From contig OX597814.1 in assembly GCA_951406725.2 (NCBI GenBank), positions 46,190,001-46,254,000 of the forward strand: a stretch of 64,000 nt of DNA, in the 5' to 3' direction. Positions 57,861 through 64,000 of the stretch are shown here, one piece after another (the stretch's first letter is position 1; each line of letters starts with the position of its first letter). The translations under genes were made by a program, and so were the position numbers. The notes under the pieces were generated by a model that saw only the letters and a program-made list of their open reading frames with translations, was not told the origin of the DNA and ran no database searches. Origin of the DNA: Octopus vulgaris. Its lineage: Eukaryota.

Positions 57861-60149
57861 AACGTAATCTATTATTTGTCATCAAAGTATATATATATAT
57901 ATATATATATATGAGACAAAATTTCCTTTTTACAAAATCACAACTTTTGAAATCTAACTAGGCTCCTTTTCCTGTTTATATTAGTTTCATTTTCAAGTTT
58001 CTCAAAAGCATATTTGTGCATTACTTTTTAAGGGTATACCAAGTCTTTCTCCTGAGAGTCTTGAAATATATCCTGCACTTCTGAAAATATTTCAATAACT
58101 GCATTTCTTGAGGCATTCCTTTTCTAGTTGCATAATGTTGTTCTCACTTTAATCATTCAGTTGATATATTTGTTTTTGTTGCTGGTCTTTGGCATAGCCT
58201 ATCTCTTTTTATCTTTATCTTTTATTTAAAAAGTAATTCAGTGCCCTTGACCTTTTACAGGGCCTCTGAGACTGGTGAGAGAGAGTCATCCTCAAACCAG
58301 AGACTTGGCCTGAAAGTTTGCAACAGAGTGGATATCCAAGGTACCACGTGATATTATTGATCCTTTTAGTACCAACCCACCTGGGACCACCCCAAGTTCT
58401 ATACTTACTGTTTTAGAGTGGTCTAAATTGTAGTCTTCCATCAAAAGTCTATGCTAAATTGTTTTAGACCTCAGCCTATTAATTAGAAAGTTATTTTTCT
58501 AAATTCTTCATTATTTTAAAAATTAGTTGAAACAAAGGCAGCCTTTGTTAACAGAAATATGGTAACAAAAGGGTTGAACTAGGTGACAGATAAAGTCTTG
58601 AAATGCCATAGTGTCTGGTGGAAGGTAAGGAGGTGGGGTTATGGAGTATTAGATTGCATGGTAGGTAGTCATAATAAGGCAATAGTTGAAACAGAGACAG
58701 TTTATACACTGACAGAAATTTGATTTGGAGTTGAGAAAGAGAGCTAGTGTTCTGAGTGTTTGAGTTACAGTTGCATGTAATAGAAGATACAAAATGATGA
58801 AGTAAGTTGAAGATTACAAAATATTGATTTTCTGCACTAGTGAGATCAGTATGGTATAAATATGTAAGTCAGAAAGAGTTGTGAGCATTCCAATCACTGA
58901 TGACAGTCCTCGATGCAGGAAGAGATATAGCTGAAGAGTTGGTAGTTGAGGAATCAGGTGTATTTGGAGGACTGGAGAAAGAGACTATAAATGAGAATAA
59001 CTGGCAGGCTTTGTTGCTGATAAGAGAAGTAAGTGACAGAAAGTATAGAATGTACATATGCAAACACTTTTTTTTAATGAAGTTTGATAAAGAATGTAGC
59101 TTGAACAGCAGAAACAAACTATAAATAAAGACTGACATATTTGTGTCTTCAAGAGTAATAGGATGTGTGATTTGCATATTAGTAAAAAAAGATATATAAG
59201 GTCTGTGTTTGATTGGAGCCTCCAAATGTTAGAAAAGACGAAGAATAATTATCCAGCAGGTTCGTTTTAGCTTTTGGTATCTAAGGAAGTGTAAAGGGTG
59301 ATGGTTTGTTATGATGCCTGTATGCTTGCAACAGAATAAACTCTGCTGAGGCACTCATGAGCCAAATCGTGGTGTTCTCTGCCATATACAACAGGACTAT
59401 ATTGACAAATGGTGCCCAACTCAATTAGAATGTGTACACAATTTACTATTTGGGTACAAACATATAGATTTGTTCTGTTACAATTCTTTATCATAGATAC
59501 ACACATATATATGCAGCATACTTGAATAAATATGCATACATCTGCAACCTCACAAACAACCAGTGTGATCACAGAAACACTGCCTTTACTTATTAGACGG
59601 CACTGTTAATATACACTATCATGTTCCCAGATACTGGAGCAGTCACCTGATTTTGTTGAGGAGTTTTTTCTGCTGTTTTCCACTTTATGTATTAGTAATA
59701 AAAAAAACTATAATAATAAGTAAGAAAATAAAGAACAGCAGCAGAAGGATGAGTGCAAAAAGATTTCAAACTAGGTTTTAAAGTTAATAGTTGGAGAGAG
59801 AGAGAGCAGATAGTAACAGAAACAGATTATTTTCAGCAGAATCAATCAAGTAAAATAGAAAATAGGTACAATAGAAGTTTGAAAAATATTTTTTCCTAAT
59901 ATCTCAGTGATATCAGTAAACATCAGCCTTCCATTGGCATTTGTATCTTCTGTTAATAATTTTCCCTCCTTTTGCATGTAAATCCTATTTAATAGTTGAA
60001 TAGTGATGCACCATGTTAATTGCAAAACACATTCCCAAAAGTAAAATACTTCTGATAAAGAAAAATTATTGTTGGACATCTAGTGTCTATATGTGTAAGT
60101 GTGTGTGTTATATACATATATAATGAACTGAACTGACATGTTCAGCTGA

Positions 60150-60830
60150 TGCTGTTGTGGAAGTATGATAATCAGTGGATGCAGGATCAGTTGGCTAAAA
60201 TTTGCAGCCATCATGCTACTTGGCACACCCAAAAGTGATCTCCAGCATGCACTGACTGGGTTCACTACTGAGTGCTACAAGGCAGGAATGAGAATTTGTG
60301 TTACAAAGACTGAGACAGGTCCTCCCAAGAAAGTTGACCTGGTGCAGTGTGCATGTTAGTGAAGCATCACTGTGACAACTGGAGAATTTTAAGTATCTCA
60401 GGGCCATATTCATGAGTGATGGAAGGAAGGAAGATGACTGGATGCTAGAATTGAAGGTGTAGGAACAGTAATGTACCAGTGCCAGCATTTGATCTTCAAA
60501 AGAGGAAGGATTGGTAAACAAACAAAATTTGCTGTCTTCAGTTTGGCTTTCAATCCTTTCCGCATCTATAGTCATGAATGTTAGGTAATGGCTTACAGAA
60601 TATGATTGTGAATACAAGGGGCTGAATTGGGGTTCCTCTGAAGGGTCTCTGCAGTAAAATTGGTCAACAGAGTACGTAGCCTGGAAATCAGGGAGTTTCT
60701 CCAGGTTCAGCTGCTACTTCTCTGCATTGAGAGGTTACAGCTCCAATGCTATGGGCATGTGATTAGAATGTCTAACAAAAGAATTGCAAGAGGGATCCTT
60801 CAAGACAAAATAACCAGCAGGAAACCTAAT
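60150..60830 (+). mobile_element. RTE-like LINE RT/C-terminal relic
   Basis: DLQHAL..ECYKAGMRICVTKTE, ENFKYL and EIREFLQV..IERLQLQCYGHVIRM. Confidence 0.65.
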
Positions 60831-61299
60831 GATGATTACTTCTGATAGGACTCTATGGAACAGGTGTCTAAGGACTCTTCCTCCGTGACTCCTACGAATA
60901 GTGGGTAAAGAAGAAAGATATATATAATATATATGTATGTATATATATATATTTACATATTATATAATATGTAATATATATATAACTTATATCTATATAT
61001 ATATATATATATAATATATATATATATATACAATAATATATCGAATGTGAGGATAAAATTCTTTTCGAAAAAAAATATTTTCTCGAAAAAAATTTTATCA
61101 ATGGCCAGCATATTAAAAAATACCTTTAACGGTTAAATTTATAAACAATTCATAAATGAAGGTGGTTTTTTTCTAATTTATATACATATATTATATTTTG
61201 TGAAATTTGATTTACTAATTTAGTATTTCTAAATTGAATTTTTCCCTGTAAGTTTGGAATAATATTCCCCAATATTATTATTATATATATATATTTATA

Positions 61300-61497
61300 T
61301 ATGACGAGCTCCTTTCAGTTTCTGTCTATATATATATGGCAAGCTCCTTTCACTTTCTGTCTACCAAATCAACACACAAAGCTTTGATCAGCCTGAGGCT
61401 ATAGTAGAAGATACTTGCCCAATGTGCCACACAGTGGAATTGAACCCAGAACCATGTGATTGGCAAGCAAGCTACTTAGCACACAGCCACTCCTGCA
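61300..61497 (-). mobile_element. SINE family A, 5' part
   Basis: Reverse-complement similarity to 1894-2055. Confidence 0.75.
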
Positions 61498-61721
61498 TAT
61501 ATCTATAAGATCGCTAGCCACTACACATTCTTTATTTTCTATCCCTGTTTCTTTCTGTGTTCCTTTCTGTGGAAGAGTGTAGGCTCGAAGCATTAAAAAC
61601 TTTTTCACTTCCCGAGCGTTAAACTAATACATTAGTTTGTTGTCTAACCACCTGTCTTCATCTATTGTTGTTTTGGGAATTCTCCTCCTATATATATAGA
61701 GAAAGATAGATAGATATAGAT

Positions 61722-61762
<41 letters not shown>

Positions 61763-61804
61763 GTGTGTGTGTGTGTGTGCAATATATATATATGTGTAAT
61801 ATAT

Positions 61805-61880
<76 letters not shown>

Positions 61881-63242
61881 ATATATGTGGTATATATATA
61901 ATATGTATATAATATATATGGAGAGAGAGATTTATGTATTAATGTGTGTGTGTGTTGTTATTATCATCATCATTTTCATTTTACATCTACTTTCAGGACT
62001 GGTATGGTTTGGATGGGTCATTAGATTTTGATTTGGTTCTTATTTAGAGATGCTAACACCCTTGGTGTGATTGTGGATCTTGCCTCACATATCAGTTTTC
62101 ATTTTGGCATAATTTTTATGATTGCATGTTCTTCCTAATATTTTACAGAATATACAAGGTGCAATTTATCAGTGCACCAGCATTAAAGAGGCTGTCTTGT
62201 ACATGAAAAGATTCAAGAGTCTTCTTGACCCTATGATGTCTCTTATCATTTTACAACCACTTTGTAGATTGTGCTGATGGATATTTTATTGCAGAATCAG
62301 CTCTAGGGAGGTGTCGCATTCTCAGCCACACAAGGCTAAGGTTTTCTCAGCCCTGTGATATCTCTAATCTTTTATTACAACTAGAAATAGTGTGCTGCAT
62401 GCATTTTATCATGGCACCCATACTTGTGAGCTTGTTTTGCATTGGAATCTTTGTTATGCTTTGTTGTCACTGTTCAAGACATTGTGACTAGTATAGTGGG
62501 TTGAAGAAAAGGTTGTTGTGTTAGATGAATTTGGGTAAGAGAGAGAAGGAATAGAGTATAATAGGTGAAACAATGTTGGTATGGAAGTAGGTGGGAGATG
62601 GGAGAGAGAGTGCTAGAGAATTAATGAGAAGTAAAAAGCCAAGTTGTGATAAGAGAGAAAATTATGACACAGGGTAAATGGTCAACATATGTTTGAAGGT
62701 AAAAAAGAGAGTGATTGATGATTAGTTGTAGAAATGGCCAATGGTAAGAGAGTGTGATGGATATTAGTAATGAGTGTTATAGGGGAGAAAGTAGTGGCTA
62801 GTTGCATAGAGGAGAGTGGTAATGTTAGTTTGTAAAAGAAAAGGAGTGATGGAAAAGGACAGATAAATGTCAATAGAAGAGTGACCTGAGAAAAAGCGAG
62901 TCATCGTAGGCAGCATAGGAAGTTAAACAGAGAGTGTATTGGATGCCAGTAAATTCAATACAGTTCCTTCTTACTCATATAGAGATATGCATACATTCAT
63001 ATATAATAATAATATAGTAGGATCAATCAATCATGGTAAAAACATCAAGCAAAAAAGTGGCTTGCATAGAAAACAAATAAATCAATAATTGATCCATAAA
63101 GTTTATTAATCAGTTCATCAAATGCATTTTGTCCCATATTGAGATTAGATAGAAAATTCCAATAAGATGAGAGATGCTATACAAATCCAGTTTGAAAACA
63201 TCGAATACTGCTTGTTATGCAATAATCAATTTTATAAATGAT

Positions 63243-63520
63243 AAGAATGGAAGAAGTAGTCAAGCACTACAACTTTTTCAAAAGGATAACAGTGCAAATA
63301 ATGTAACATTACAAATGTTTCATGGTTATCTGGTGTCCTTTCTTATTGGGTGCATACGGCTATTCTCTTGGAAATTATTCACAGCAAGTGATTTCCAAAG
63401 GAATAGTTGTATGCACCCAATGAGAAAGGACACCAGATATCTACAAAACATGTTACCTTATATGCACCCAGTACCCTTTTTTGAAAAAGTTGTTGTGCTT
63501 GACTATTTCTTCCATTCCTT
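63243..63520. repeat. Long imperfect hairpin, ~135-bp arms, 11-nt loop
   Basis: 63243-63377 is the reverse complement of 63389-63520. Confidence 0.88.
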
Positions 63521-64000
63521 TCATTTACATGCGTGTGTGTGTGCATGTGTATGTGTACATACATGTATGTGTACATACATGTATGTGTATGCATGCATGT
63601 ATACACATATATACACTTACACACACACATGCATACACATATTTTTGTACAACTTGCACTTTTTTTTTTATAGATTTTTTACCTTAATAATTATGGGTGT
63701 ATATTATACATAAGAATTTTAATGCTGCCCATTTTCCCCATTGTAAGTGCATGATCATTTTCAGGATGGCCTAAGTTATATCTAATGTTGAAGCTAATTG
63801 AGATTTAGCGAAAGGTTTAAATCAGAATAATGTTACATTTTTTCCAAAATAAGGAATATACTTTGAATGTTCATTACGTTTCATAAGTATGTCCATTAGT
63901 TTTTTTTCTTTCTTTTTACAAACACGTTAAAATGATTCTGACAAAATGGACAAAATATGTTTATTCTTTGTTTATATAATTCTGTATTCTTCAATTACTG

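Overview
AT-rich eukaryotic DNA packed with microsatellites. The repeat families (tRNA-derived SINEs, RTE LINE tails ending in (GAT)n, very long (TA)n/(CA)n tracts) suggest a coleoid cephalopod, probably Octopus; this is an inference. Nearly the whole window looks like intron of one + strand neuronal gene, CAPS/CADPS (unc-31). One clear 107-nt exon lies at 10366-10472 (..[29 protein letters not shown]), and a frame-preserving 48-nt candidate alternative exon lies at 29767-29814. The next constitutive exon (AFAW..) was not found. The intron carries decayed Tc1/mariner elements (DD34D mariner, maT-like, and two copies of a DD36E element), a hAT MITE, SINEs, RTE and CR1 LINE relics (one with a PHD finger inside the RT), and Penelope-like relics. 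The most notable observations are minimal hammerhead-ribozyme-like motifs, including an inverted pair with a compensatory U3-A8 core, several long unrelated fold-back hairpins, and the candidate small exon. Most listed ORFs are microsatellite artefacts.
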